From Thermoplasmata archaeon UBA61 (GTDB taxonomy: Archaea > Thermoplasmatota > Thermoplasmata > Lutacidiplasmatales > UBA184): 64,000 nucleotides of DNA. Numbering within the stretch: the stretch's first letter is position 1; the number at the start of each line of letters is the position of its first letter. Location: the NCBI GenBank assembly GCA_002503985.1, contig DASW01000007.1:108435-172434 (forward strand), written 5' to 3'. A model generated the notes under the pieces. The model saw only the letters and a list, made by a program, of their open reading frames with translations, ran no database searches and was not told where the DNA came from. This document shows, one piece after another, positions 18,858 through 28,966 of this stretch. The position numbers were made by a program, and so were the translations under genes.

Positions 18858-21800
18858 TTACGGGTCTGGCTCGTCGTTGGGAGCCCGCGGCGCGCGGCGC
18901 CACCCCTTCCAGATCCGGTCCTTTCCGAGGGCCAGCACTGCTGGGGTAAGGTACGTCTGCACCACGAACGCCTGCAGGAGAACGGCGATCCCGATGCCGA
19001 GGCCGACCCCTGCCAACATCCCCAGAGGGCTCGTGAGGCCAAGGAGGAGGAAGGCGCCTCCGAGGATGACCGCCGCGGCCGCGATGACCCCTCCCGCATG
19101 GGTGACGGCCTGCTGGATGGCCTCGATGGAACCCCGCCCCCGGGCCCGTTCCTCCCGGACCCGAGTGAGGAGGAGGACGTTGTAGTCCATCCCCAGCCCC
19201 AGGACGAGGATGAGGATGATGAGCGGAAGGAGGAAGATGAGGGCCTCATGTTCGACGATCCCGACCACGAAGTACGTGGACGCCCACCCCCACAGGATCG
19301 ACAGGCCGATCGCGCCGAGGGCGAGCACGGGGACGAACGCCGACCCGAGGATGATCAGCAGGATGAGGAAGAGGCCGACCGCCGCCCCGATCAACATCCC
19401 TTCGTTCGCGTGGTTGACCATCGACTGGATGTCCTGGGTCGTGGGAGCGGCCCCGCCGAACAGTACCTGTCGGACCTCGGGGTGACCGGTCGCGAACGTG
19501 TTCGCCCGGCTGTGCAGGTCATCGAGCACCGAGATCGCCGTCGCGGAGTACCCGCTCGCGTTGGTACCTATGTTGAAGAGGACCGTCGTCCCGTCGGCCC
19601 CGACGTAGGAACCCAGGGCCTCGTGGAGCGCGACCTGCTCCGCCGGTAGGAGGGTCGTGAAGTTCAGCCAAGCGTCGAGCGGCGCGCCACCCCCACCCAC
19701 CAGCGTGACGACGGAGGCGACACCCGGAGTCGTGGCCATCGTCGCGGCAAGGTCCGCGACGTCCCGGAACTCCGTGGCGTTGGCTCCGCTCGAGGACATG
19801 AGAGGCGCGGAGAAGTTGACCAGGGCGTAGCTCGGGGAGAAGTAACTCGCCCCGAACTGGTCCGTGAGCTGGTTGAAACCGACCTGGGCGGGGTTGGAGG
19901 ACGGGAGCCCGATGTTCGTGATGTCGTAGGAGACCGGCACGTTGAGCGCCACGACCACGACGGGGACCGAGAGCAGGGCGATGACCGCGATCACCGTGAT
20001 CGGCCGGCGCGTCGCGGTCCGCCCGGCGCGGGCGATGAAGTCCCGGTGGGACTCGATGCTCTGCCGTCGGCGCTCGGCGTACCGCTGGAACCGTGCGCCG
20101 GAGTTGGGCCAGAACACTCGCGGCCCGACCAGCATGAGGATCGACGGTAGGACCGTGAGGTTGACCAGGAGCGCGACCAGGACCGTGATGAAGAGAGCCT
20201 CGCCGAGCTGACCGAGGAAACTGATCCCCGACAAGGTGAGCGCGACCGTCACGACCATGACGGTGAGCCCGCTCGTCGTGATGCTCTGGCCCGCCCATCG
20301 CACCGTGGTCTCCACGGCCTTCGCCGGCGAGACGCCCCGGACCAGCTCCTCCCGGTACCGAGCCAACAAGAAGACCGAATAGTCGGTGCCGATGGCCATC
20401 AAGAACACCAACATGATCGACTCGATCTCGGGGTTGAACGGGCTGACGAAGGTGCCCAGCACGAAGATCATGGCCAGACCGACCACCATCGCCACGCCGA
20501 TCAGACCGAAGGAGAGCAGAGGGGCGGCGGGCGCCCGGAAGTAGAGGAGCATGATGACGAGGAGCACGACGATCGTCAGGACCAGGAGGAGGCTGATCGC
20601 CGACGTCGCCAGGTAGTTCACGGCATCGTCGAGCGGGGCCGCTCCGGTCTCGTAGTTGGTGATCCCCTCGTACGTCGTCGAGGAAGCGAGGACCTGGGAA
20701 ACGTCGTTCTGGATTTGGGAGACGTCAGCGTACGTCACCACCGACCCGTTGCTGGTGTAGGTGTCCGACACATCGAACGAGACCACGACGAGGGTCGCGG
20801 TCCCGGAGGGGTTCACGAACGATGAGTATAGCGACGCGGGGATCGGTAGCGGGAACCGGTCAATCGGATTCTCTCCGACCTGGTCGCCGACCCACGCCGC
20901 CACGGCAGTGAGGGAGGGGGGTGTCCCGGACGGGAAGGCATTCCAGAGAGTGAGCAGCCACGAGGGGGAGAGGCCGACCTCGGCCCCGAGCAGGGCCGTG
21001 ACGACCGCGTGCTGCGGGACGGGAAGGGTCCAGTTACCGAGAGCGAGGCCCGAGAGAACCGCCTCGGCGGCGGAGCGGTTCGCGGGAGAGGGGAACAGCC
21101 GAGGGACGGCCGTCGGGAGGGTGCTCCACATTGCGTTGTTGGCGCACGTCGTGACGTTCTCGGCTCTGAGAGAGCCGTTCGCGACGCTCTGGTTGAAACC
21201 GACGGTCGATCCACCGCTTCCGTTGTAGAAGACCGTGAGGACTTGGGCTTCCAGCGACCCGGAGGCGTACTCCCCACGGGTCTGGTTGAAGGCCGGCCAG
21301 TCCGCCTGCGACAGCGGCACGTCTCCGGAGAGGTTCGAGGCGATGCTCTCCCAGTTCCGGACGTAGGCGGCTGCGGGACCCCAGATTGTGGCGGCGGTCT
21401 GGTTCACCACCACGGGGAGCGAGGACGTACCGTTCAGCGCCGGTCCCAAGAACGACCATCCGAGCTCCACCTGGCCGGTCAGGTAGGCCGAGTACGCCGA
21501 GTAGACCGAGAGGACCGAGCTCACGTTCTTCAGACGGGGGTCCTGGGTCAACGATTGGGTGACCGCGATCGTGGCGTTCTTGCCCGCAGGTCCGATGATG
21601 TTGGAGGACTCGAGAAGGACGATCGCGGAGGAAGGGGACGACGCGGCATGCGGGAACTCGGCATTGTACGCGTTCTGGGCCAGGACGCTCTCGTCCGAGC
21701 TCGGGAGCGGATTACTGAACGTGTTCGTGATGACCGACCCTACGTTCGCGGCGGGCAGGATGCAGACCGCGATGATCGCGGTCCACACGATGAGCGACCG

Positions 21801-21893
21801 CCACGGATGCCGGACGATGCTGCGTCCGAGCCAACCGAGAGGGGAATCCCTGGCCCTCCCGCCGTTACGGGAGGGCGGCTGAGTTTCGGCCAT
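18858..21893 (-). CDS. MMPL/RND-family transporter
   Basis: AIGTDYSVFLLARYREE and GLGMDYNVLLLTRVREE motifs; two TM bundles separated by large extracellular loops. Confidence 0.9.
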   Translation of the reverse strand: MAETQPPSRNGGRARDSPLGWLGRSIVRHPWRSLIVWTAIIAVCILPAANVGSVITNTFSNPLPSSDESVLAQNAYNAEFPHAASSPSSAIVLLESSNIIGPAGKNATIAVTQSLTQDPRLKNVSSVLSVYSAYSAYLTGQVELGWSFLGPALNGTSSLPVVVNQTAATIWGPAAAYVRNWESIASNLSGDVPLSQADWPAFNQTRGEYASGSLEAQVLTVFYNGSGGSTVGFNQSVANGSLRAENVTTCANNAMWSTLPTAVPRLFPSPANRSAAEAVLSGLALGNWTLPVPQHAVVTALLGAEVGLSPSWLLTLWNAFPSGTPPSLTAVAAWVGDQVGENPIDRFPLPIPASLYSSFVNPSGTATLVVVSFDVSDTYTSNGSVVTYADVSQIQNDVSQVLASSTTYEGITNYETGAAPLDDAVNYLATSAISLLLVLTIVVLLVIMLLYFRAPAAPLLSFGLIGVAMVVGLAMIFVLGTFVSPFNPEIESIMLVFLMAIGTDYSVFLLARYREELVRGVSPAKAVETTVRWAGQSITTSGLTVMVVTVALTLSGISFLGQLGEALFITVLVALLVNLTVLPSILMLVGPRVFWPNSGARFQRYAERRRQSIESHRDFIARAGRTATRRPITVIAVIALLSVPVVVVALNVPVSYDITNIGLPSSNPAQVGFNQLTDQFGASYFSPSYALVNFSAPLMSSSGANATEFRDVADLAATMATTPGVASVVTLVGGGGAPLDAWLNFTTLLPAEQVALHEALGSYVGADGTTVLFNIGTNASGYSATAISVLDDLHSRANTFATGHPEVRQVLFGGAAPTTQDIQSMVNHANEGMLIGAAVGLFLILLIILGSAFVPVLALGAIGLSILWGWASTYFVVGIVEHEALIFLLPLIILILVLGLGMDYNVLLLTRVREERARGRGSIEAIQQAVTHAGGVIAAAAVILGGAFLLLGLTSPLGMLAGVGLGIGIAVLLQAFVVQTYLTPAVLALGKDRIWKGWRRAPRAPNDEPDP

Positions 21894-22033
21894 GGAACGC
21901 TCTATAGACGATTCCAGTCCTCCGAGACTCCCCGAAGAACGGAAGGTCCGGCCACAGGCTTAGAGGGTCACGTCAACCCCTGTTCACCGCGGGGGGGGTC
22001 GTGGGTTAATACCGCGCCGGGATTCGAGGGGCG

Positions 22034-22969
22034 GTGAACGCCGGCCCGCGGCCTTCCCGGCACTTTCGGCTCCAGGAGCTCGCGAGCGGCGTGCATGCGG
22101 CGGTGGCCGTCGACGGGGGATACGCCCTCTCGAACTCGGCGGTCGTCGACCTCGGGGGGGCGACCCTCGTCTTCGATACGGGGCTCACCCCTCGCTCGGG
22201 CGCGGACCTCGCGCGCGCTGCCCGACGGCTCACCGGCCGCCCGGCGGACTACCTCGTAAACAGCCACTGGCATCATGACCACATCCGGGGGAACCAGGTG
22301 TTCGCGAACCCTCGGGTCATCGCCACGACCGAGACATGGGAACTGATCCGGACCCGAGGAGCCGAGGATGTGGCTAGCGACCGCGCCGAGGCGAAGGTCC
22401 GCTGGGAGGAGTTCGCCGCGGGAAAGGTCCCCACCCCACCCCGCGACCGCGCCCTTCTCCGGGGCTGGCTCGGGGGGATCGTCGATTCGTTGCCCAAGCT
22501 ACGGCTGACGCTGCCGAACCTCACCTTCGATTCGGAGCTCGTCCTTCGGGGCACCCGACGCACGGCCCGGATCCTCACCTACGGCGGGGGTCACTCGCCG
22601 AGCGACACGTTCGTCTTTCTTCCGGACGACCGCATCGCCTTCCTCGGGGACCTCCTCTCGAACGGCTACCATCCTTGGCTCGGGGACGGCAACCCCGACA
22701 CGCTCGTGCAGATCCTCGACCGGATCTCCTCCCTCGGCCCGCGGACCCTGTTGCCGGGTCATGGCGCCCCGGGGGGCCCCCGCGTCCTCTCCGCGATGCG
22801 GGAGTATGTCACGTCCGCCCAGCGCCAGGTCGCCCGTCACCGTCGGGCGCACCGCCCTCGCAAGGAGCTCGCCGGCCTCGCGATCCCCGAAAAGTTCCGG
22901 AACTGGAAGTTCTCCTCGTTCTACCCCGATACGCTCCGGTTCCTGTACGGACGCGCCGCCCGGGGGTGA
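22034..22969 (+). CDS. Metallo-beta-lactamase-fold hydrolase (cyclase-like)
   Basis: NSHWHHDHIRGN, GHSPSD, GDLL, PGHG. Confidence 0.88.
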   Translation: MNAGPRPSRHFRLQELASGVHAAVAVDGGYALSNSAVVDLGGATLVFDTGLTPRSGADLARAARRLTGRPADYLVNSHWHHDHIRGNQVFANPRVIATTETWELIRTRGAEDVASDRAEAKVRWEEFAAGKVPTPPRDRALLRGWLGGIVDSLPKLRLTLPNLTFDSELVLRGTRRTARILTYGGGHSPSDTFVFLPDDRIAFLGDLLSNGYHPWLGDGNPDTLVQILDRISSLGPRTLLPGHGAPGGPRVLSAMREYVTSAQRQVARHRRAHRPRKELAGLAIPEKFRNWKFSSFYPDTLRFLYGRAARG

Positions 22970-23001
22970 CCTGCGCCGGCGACGCGGGCCTCGACCGTGC
23001 G

Positions 23002-24639
23002 TCAGGCCGGTCGGACGCCTTCGAGGAGCGAGTCAAGGAGACCGATCGGGGGGCATCCGAGGCCGAGCAGGGTGTCGTGAAACGAGCGCAGGTTCCCCCC
23101 GAACGTCGGCTCCAGGAAGCGGGAGCGGGCGTTCAGGATCGCGAGCTTCCCGAGGGTGTAGCAGAAGTACTCGGGGTTGAACGTCCCGCGGATCGCTTCC
23201 CGCTCGGCCGGAAGCCGTTCGAGGTGCGCCTCCGTCTGGAAGAGCCGCGTCGCCGCCTCGAGGGTCATCCCGCTCGTGTGGAGGCCGATGGACACGAGGA
23301 GCCGAGTGTCCCGCAAGAGGGCGTCGTGGATCTGCGCAACCTCCGAGAGGACGTTCTCCCGGCCAAGACCCTTCTCGACCGCGAGCTGCTCCGAGTAGTG
23401 CGCCCATCCTTCAGTGAACGAGGACGAGAGGTAGACCTTCCGCGCGAGGCTGCCGGTCGACCGTCGGAAGTGCAGGAACTGAAGATAGTGCCCCGGGTAG
23501 ACCTCGTGGACCGTGGTGTTCCGAAGCATCGACCGGTTGAACGACCGGAGCCACTCCTCCTGCTGCTGGTCCGTCCATTTCAGGTCGACCGGGGTCACGT
23601 AGTAGATGCCCTCCGTCGAGGTCGCGTCGAACGGTCCGGGCGGGTTCATGCTGGCCGTGGAGAGCGCGCGCCCCCAGACCGGGGTCTCCTCGACCCGGCA
23701 CCGGGCTTCCTCGGGAATGGTGGCTAGGGCGTGGTCTTTGACGAACCGACGCGTCTCTTCCACGAACTCCTGGGCCATGGGAAGAACCTCGGCCGCCGTC
23801 GGGTGGTCGGTGTTGAGGCGAACGAACAGCTCGGGGACCGTCACGTTCTCCGCGTGTGCGATCTCCTCGAGGCGGTGCTGGTTGCGGGAGAGGTCGGCCG
23901 CCCCAGCCCGACGGATGTCCTCGAACGGGGCCTCGATCCCTTCCCGGACGAACAGGAGCTGCTGGTAGCGGGCCGGCCCGAGGGCGAAGTCCGGGATCGC
24001 CCGAGGGACCTGGTACTCTCGGAGCCACGCGAGGAACTCCGTGACGGCCGCTTCGGCGGGGACACGGACCGCGCGGACCTCCTCGGCGAGGTGGGCGCGA
24101 CCGGCGAACTCCTCGGCTTCGGCGAAGTGGGAGGGGAGGCCGCTTCCGATCGCGAGGGACAGCTCGAGGAACGGCTTCGGGAGGGGTCCGCGGAGGCGGT
24201 CGCGGCCCTCTCGCAATAGCCGCGGGACCTGCTCGAGCGTCCGAACGATCGGGCCGACGCGCTGCTCCACCGGAGCGTAGTCGCGGCTCAGGTAGGCCGT
24301 GAGCGAAACGGCGCCGAGGTAGTTCATCGGGTTCCGTTCGAGGTCGGAGACCATGCGAAGGTCGAAGAGCGGACTTTCGAGGAGCAGGCTGAGGAGGAAG
24401 CCGTCGGCCTTTCGATCGGGGGAGAGCGACCCTGGGGAGACGGCGGCGAGGCGCGCGAGCAGGTCGTCCGCGCCCCGTATCCATCGGTCGGTCCCCGAAG
24501 GGGAGAGGTCGGGAAGGCGGCCGTCGTACGCATGGAGTCCGAGCCCCACCGCGTAGGAAGGGTACAGGACGAACAGGTGGTCGACGACCTCTCGCTCGAT
24601 CGAGTCAAACTCGGGGACCGGCGAGGTCGGAAGGCTCAT
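23002..24639 (-). CDS. DUF885-family protein (metallopeptidase-like)
   Basis: VHEVYPGHYLQ, FTEGWAHYSE, YTLGKL. Confidence 0.85.
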   Translation of the reverse strand: MSLPTSPVPEFDSIEREVVDHLFVLYPSYAVGLGLHAYDGRLPDLSPSGTDRWIRGADDLLARLAAVSPGSLSPDRKADGFLLSLLLESPLFDLRMVSDLERNPMNYLGAVSLTAYLSRDYAPVEQRVGPIVRTLEQVPRLLREGRDRLRGPLPKPFLELSLAIGSGLPSHFAEAEEFAGRAHLAEEVRAVRVPAEAAVTEFLAWLREYQVPRAIPDFALGPARYQQLLFVREGIEAPFEDIRRAGAADLSRNQHRLEEIAHAENVTVPELFVRLNTDHPTAAEVLPMAQEFVEETRRFVKDHALATIPEEARCRVEETPVWGRALSTASMNPPGPFDATSTEGIYYVTPVDLKWTDQQQEEWLRSFNRSMLRNTTVHEVYPGHYLQFLHFRRSTGSLARKVYLSSSFTEGWAHYSEQLAVEKGLGRENVLSEVAQIHDALLRDTRLLVSIGLHTSGMTLEAATRLFQTEAHLERLPAEREAIRGTFNPEYFCYTLGKLAILNARSRFLEPTFGGNLRSFHDTLLGLGCPPIGLLDSLLEGVRPA

Positions 24640-24703
24640 GGTTCGGGGAACTGGTGGGGCTCAAAAGCTCGCGGTCGAAGCGGCCCGTGCCGCGGTCGGT
24701 CCC

Positions 24704-25027
24704 TCACTCAGCCCAGGTCATCCGGCAGCTCGGGCAGGTCTTGCCCTCGAGCAGTGTTCCGCAGACGAAGCACTTGGATAGCCCATCGGGCGGAGGGGAC
24801 GGCGGCGGAGTCGGCTCGGATACCGGGCGGTCGGGCAGCGGGGGCGGAATCTGCGGCGGCGCGGGCGCGGCAGGAACGACGGGAGCCGGAACGGGGGCCT
24901 CGGCGGGGGGAGCGGGAACGGCGGGGGTCCGCTCCTCGGTGGGAGAAGGGGAAGGTTCGGTCGAGGCCGGCGTCTCGGTTCCCGGCTCGTCCTCCTTGTC
25001 CCGACGGAAGCGTCGGAAGAGGGACAT
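24704..25027 (-). CDS. Proline-rich protein with a C-terminal zinc finger
   Basis: Pro/Ala-rich linker followed by CFVCG...CPSC; fills the gap between two genes. Confidence 0.6.
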   Translation of the reverse strand: MSLFRRFRRDKEDEPGTETPASTEPSPSPTEERTPAVPAPPAEAPVPAPVVPAAPAPPQIPPPLPDRPVSEPTPPPSPPPDGLSKCFVCGTLLEGKTCPSCRMTWAE

Positions 25028-25111
25028 CGGTGGACGGGAGCCAGATTCCCCTCTTTACTCCGGCGTCGAAGGGTCCGCACACGTTTTTCGGCCGGGCGGC
25101 TCTCCTCTACC

Positions 25112-25585
25112 ATGACCTCGACCCCTTCCGAACGGCTTCGCGAGCTCGGACTCGTGCTTCCCCCGCCTCCGCGGCCCGCGGGCACCTACTCCCCGGTCGT
25201 CCTCGACGAGGAGCGGGCCTGGGTCTCAGGGCAAATCGTGACCGAGGCGGGAAGTGTCGTGCACCCCGGGCTCGTGGACCGGGACGTGCCCATAGAGGTC
25301 GCTCGAGACCTCGCTCGCCGCGCCGCGCTTCAGGCGTTGAGCGCGCTGGCGGCCGAGCTGGGGTCGATCGACCATGTTCGACGTTTCCTTCGGGTCACGG
25401 TCTATGTGGCCTCATCACCGGGGTTCGCTCGGCAGCATGAGGTGGCGAACGGGGCGACCGACCTCCTGGTCCAGGTGTTCGGCGAGGCCGGGCGGCCGGC
25501 GCGCGCGGCGGTCGGCGTCGCCGGCCTCCCGCTCAACGCGCCGGTCGAAGTCGAGTTCCTGGTCGGGACGGTACCGCTCCGGTGA
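25112..25585 (+). CDS. RidA/YjgF-family protein
   Basis: PAGTYSP, VSGQ, ANGATDLL, RAAVGVAGLPLNAPVEVE. Confidence 0.9.
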   Translation: MTSTPSERLRELGLVLPPPPRPAGTYSPVVLDEERAWVSGQIVTEAGSVVHPGLVDRDVPIEVARDLARRAALQALSALAAELGSIDHVRRFLRVTVYVASSPGFARQHEVANGATDLLVQVFGEAGRPARAAVGVAGLPLNAPVEVEFLVGTVPLR

Positions 25586-26241
25586 AGCCCGCCCCCTGGG
25601 AGAGGGTCTACCGGGAGGGACGAGACCTCTACACGGTCAATCGAAACCCCGGAACGAAAGTCTACGGGGAGGCGCTCTCGACGGTCGATGGGGTCGAGTA
25701 TCGGGCCTGGGACCCGTTCCGCTCGAAGCTCGCGGCCTTTCTGCTGAAGGGGGCTCCCGCGGACGTCCTCGGCCGGCCCCCCCGGACCGTCCTCTACCTC
25801 GGAGCGGCCCACGGAACGACCGTGAGCCATCTCTCCGACCTCTGGCCCGAGGCCACCCTCTTTGCGATCGAGAAGAGCCCGACCTCGTTCGCCCGGCTCC
25901 TCGCGCTCGCTCGGCAGCGACCCGGGCTCGTCCCGATCCTGGCCGACGCCCAACTGCCCGAGCGCTACCAGGCGGACGTCGGGGCGGTCGAGCTGCTCTA
26001 TCAGGACATCGCTCAGCGGAACCAGGCCGGGATCTTTGTCGAGAACGCCAGAGCCTGCCTCTCTCCCCGCGGTCGCGGGATCCTGATGCTCAAGGTCCGG
26101 TCGGTCACCCAGCAACGCCCGACGGCGACCGTCGTTCGGGAGGCGCGGTCCGCGCTATCGGCGGCCCGTCTCGCCGTCGCCTACGAGACGGCCCTCACCC
26201 CGTTCTCGCGCGAGCACGCCGCCCTGGCGGTAGTAGCCTAG
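25582..26241 (+). CDS. flpA: Fibrillarin-like rRNA/tRNA 2'-O-methyltransferase
   Basis: VYGE, YRAWDPFRSKLAA, VLYLGAAHGTTVSHLSD, PILADA, YQDIAQ. Confidence 0.93.
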   Translation: MKPAPWERVYREGRDLYTVNRNPGTKVYGEALSTVDGVEYRAWDPFRSKLAAFLLKGAPADVLGRPPRTVLYLGAAHGTTVSHLSDLWPEATLFAIEKSPTSFARLLALARQRPGLVPILADAQLPERYQADVGAVELLYQDIAQRNQAGIFVENARACLSPRGRGILMLKVRSVTQQRPTATVVREARSALSAARLAVAYETALTPFSREHAALAVVA

Positions 26242-26320
26242 CGACGACGCACCTTTCACCCACCGCCGGGGGCTGGCGCGCGAAATAGCAGGCCCCCCAT
26301 CCTCGACCCCGGGTGGTCGC

Positions 26321-28573
26321 GTGACGGAGGTCCGCACCGAAGGGGCGTCCCGCCTCCTTCCAATCGCGGTGGACTCGATCCTCCTCGTGGGACTGCTCGT
26401 CACGACCCTCGGGCATTCGGGAGCCCCCGTATCCTCGGAACTCCTCGCGAACACCCTCTCCCATCCCTCCAACGACGCTTCGGCGGTCGACCTCGCCATC
26501 GACCCGCCATCCTACGAGATGCGCACCGGCTCCAACCTCACCGTCCAGGCCGTCTGGTCGGCCGGAACTCCTCTCTGCCGCGTAACGGCCCTTTGGTACC
26601 GCTGGTCGGTTGACAACGGGAGCGCGACGGGGTTCCTGAACGCCAGCATCGGACCGTCCGCGACGTTCACCGCGGAATCGTTCGGTTCGGGAACGGTGCC
26701 CGTGTCCGTCCGGTCGGGAGCCGTGCTCGACTGCAGCGGGAACGAGACGGTTGTCGGACGGTCGAACCGAACGAGCATCTCGATCGTCGTTCCCCTCTCG
26801 TTGTCGGGGGTCGATGTCGGACCGAACCCCATGGCACCCGGGAACACGGCCGTCCTCGAAGGTACGGTCACCGGAGGTGAACTTCCGTACACCGTGGAGG
26901 TTACCTGGGGCGACGGCGCCCATTCTACGGTCGCCGTTCCTGCATCGGGCCCCTTCTCGGTCGGCCACCCGTTCTCGGCAGGGGAATTTGTCCCCTTCGT
27001 GGTCGCGAACGACGTCGGTGGCAGTTTCGTCAACGTCTCGGTCGCGGAGGCCCTCTCCGTTGGGACCGGCCTCGAGGTGGCCATTACCCCGGCCAGCTAC
27101 GTGGCGGTGGTTGGGGTCCCGGCCGAGTTCACCGGGGTTGCCGAGAGCAAACCGGCCGGGGCGGTGACGCTGTTCGATTGCTCGAACGCTACTGTCGGTC
27201 CGGACCCCACTTCCCCGGCGTCTCCCAACGCGACCCCGTTCTCCTGCACGTTCATCGCACCGGGGACCCAGGAGGTCCTCTTCGGCGCGTACCCTCCCCA
27301 ACCCGGAGGGACATCGGCGAGCATCGTCCTCTACGAGAACGTCGTGACCGCGCCACAACTATCGGCGACGCCCGTCGAATCGGTGGGGGAGGAGGGCAGC
27401 ACCGCGCTCGTCCAGGTCCACCTCTCCGGTGGTGCCCTACCGATCTCACTAACGTGGAATCTTTCGGGAAACCGGTCGGGGGGCGCCGAGACCGTCGGTT
27501 CTGACGGAAGTGGGGTCCTGAGGGTCCCGCTCGGGGTCGCGGGGGAGTACACGCTCGGGGTCCGGGCGAGCGACGCCCTGGGAGACATGGGAACGAGCGT
27601 GACGGCGACCGTCTGGGTCGACCCCCCGCTCGATGCCAACGTGACCGGCGCCCGTTCTCTCGTTTCCTACGGCGCGGTCGCAGAGGTCGCCGGCGAGGTG
27701 CTCTCTGGCTGTCCGCCGTTCTCCTGGTGGGTCGTCCCTGACCTCGCACCCGCGAACGGGTCGCCCGGGAACGGGACCCTCCCGGACGTCGGAGCGTTCT
27801 CCTGGAACGGGTCGTACGACCAAGAAGGGAACCTTTCGCTTACCGCGGGAGTAGCCGATGGGTGCGGGGCTACCTGGCGGACGGGGCTCGAGGTCCCGCT
27901 CATCCCTATCCTGTCGGCCGAGGTCGCCGTCGCCTCGGGGCCGACCTCGCCCAACGAAACGCTCGCGGTCAACCTGTCGGTTCAGGGCGGACAGTCGCCG
28001 TTCCAACTGTACGTGAACGCGAGCGACAACGAATCCTGGAACCGAACGCTGCCGTCGGACGGGACGTACCGTTGGCTGTTTCCCGCACACGCGAACGGCT
28101 CACTGGAGGTACTGGTTTCGGTGACAGACCGTCTGGGCAAAGACCTCGAGACCCACCTTACGGTCGCCCTGATTGCCCCAGCGGAGCCGACCGTTCCTCC
28201 GCCTCCCCCTTCGACGCTGCCCGGACCATTCGGTAATTCGACCACCACGGCCCCGATGGACCCGACCTGGCTGCTGCTGGCTCTCATTCCGGCGGGTGGC
28301 ATCGCGACGGTCGTGTTCCTACGGGGGCGTCGAGCTCGAAAGACACGCGGCGAAACTCCCGGACCAGACCCCGTAGAGACACTCAAGCGCATTATCGAGC
28401 CGGCCGAAGGCGCGGAGCGATTCACTGTCGAGCTATTGGCAGAGGAAGCGGGGATTCCGCTCGCCGTCGTTCGCTCGACCATCGACCGACTGGTCTCCGA
28501 GGGCGCGATCCGCTCGGAGAGCGGAGCCGACGGGGAGGAGGTGCTTTCGTGGTCATCCGAAGCTGGTCGGTAA
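26321..28573 (+). CDS. Membrane-anchored surface protein with PKD/Ig-like domains and a C-terminal cytoplasmic wHTH-like domain
   Basis: N-terminal hydrophobic signal, GGELPYTVEVTWGDG PKD motif, repeated GGxxP beta-sandwich starts, TM WLLLALIPAGGIATVVFL, then LAEEAGIPLAVVRSTIDRLVSEG. Confidence 0.7.
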   Translation: MTEVRTEGASRLLPIAVDSILLVGLLVTTLGHSGAPVSSELLANTLSHPSNDASAVDLAIDPPSYEMRTGSNLTVQAVWSAGTPLCRVTALWYRWSVDNGSATGFLNASIGPSATFTAESFGSGTVPVSVRSGAVLDCSGNETVVGRSNRTSISIVVPLSLSGVDVGPNPMAPGNTAVLEGTVTGGELPYTVEVTWGDGAHSTVAVPASGPFSVGHPFSAGEFVPFVVANDVGGSFVNVSVAEALSVGTGLEVAITPASYVAVVGVPAEFTGVAESKPAGAVTLFDCSNATVGPDPTSPASPNATPFSCTFIAPGTQEVLFGAYPPQPGGTSASIVLYENVVTAPQLSATPVESVGEEGSTALVQVHLSGGALPISLTWNLSGNRSGGAETVGSDGSGVLRVPLGVAGEYTLGVRASDALGDMGTSVTATVWVDPPLDANVTGARSLVSYGAVAEVAGEVLSGCPPFSWWVVPDLAPANGSPGNGTLPDVGAFSWNGSYDQEGNLSLTAGVADGCGATWRTGLEVPLIPILSAEVAVASGPTSPNETLAVNLSVQGGQSPFQLYVNASDNESWNRTLPSDGTYRWLFPAHANGSLEVLVSVTDRLGKDLETHLTVALIAPAEPTVPPPPPSTLPGPFGNSTTTAPMDPTWLLLALIPAGGIATVVFLRGRRARKTRGETPGPDPVETLKRIIEPAEGAERFTVELLAEEAGIPLAVVRSTIDRLVSEGAIRSESGADGEEVLSWSSEAGR

Positions 28574-28956
28574 CTCATCTAGGAACGGGCGCCTCCCGAA
28601 GGACTCGGACGATTGCATTCCTTCTCATCGCCCTGGCGACCGTACCCGTACCGGCAGGCCATTCCTCCCCACCTCCCGTACTCGGTCTCCGGACCTTCGG
28701 AACAGCCCCTTCGACCCCCGTGAGCAACTTCTCAGCTTCGATCAATCGTCTGGTCGACTTGGTGGCTCTCGCGGGGAGCGGGATCCTATCGCTCGTCTGG
28801 GCTCGCGTCGCATTAAGCTGGTTCTCCAATGACATTACCAAGAAGATCCAAGCGAAGGACCGCGCCCGGGACGCCTTGATTGGAACCTTGTTGTTCATGG
28901 CGGCGGTCACCGGACTCCTCTACGGGCTCGCCCACTGGGTTCTCACGGGCAGTTAG
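28549..28956 (+). CDS. VirB2/TrbC-like pilin
   Basis: Two hydrophobic helices joined by a basic loop (DITKKIQAKDRARDALIG); lies before VirB6- and VirB4-like genes; start uncertain (alternative GTG 28720). Confidence 0.6.
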   Translation: MVIRSWSVTHLGTGASRRTRTIAFLLIALATVPVPAGHSSPPPVLGLRTFGTAPSTPVSNFSASINRLVDLVALAGSGILSLVWARVALSWFSNDITKKIQAKDRARDALIGTLLFMAAVTGLLYGLAHWVLTGS

Positions 28957-28966
28957 GAGGGACAGG

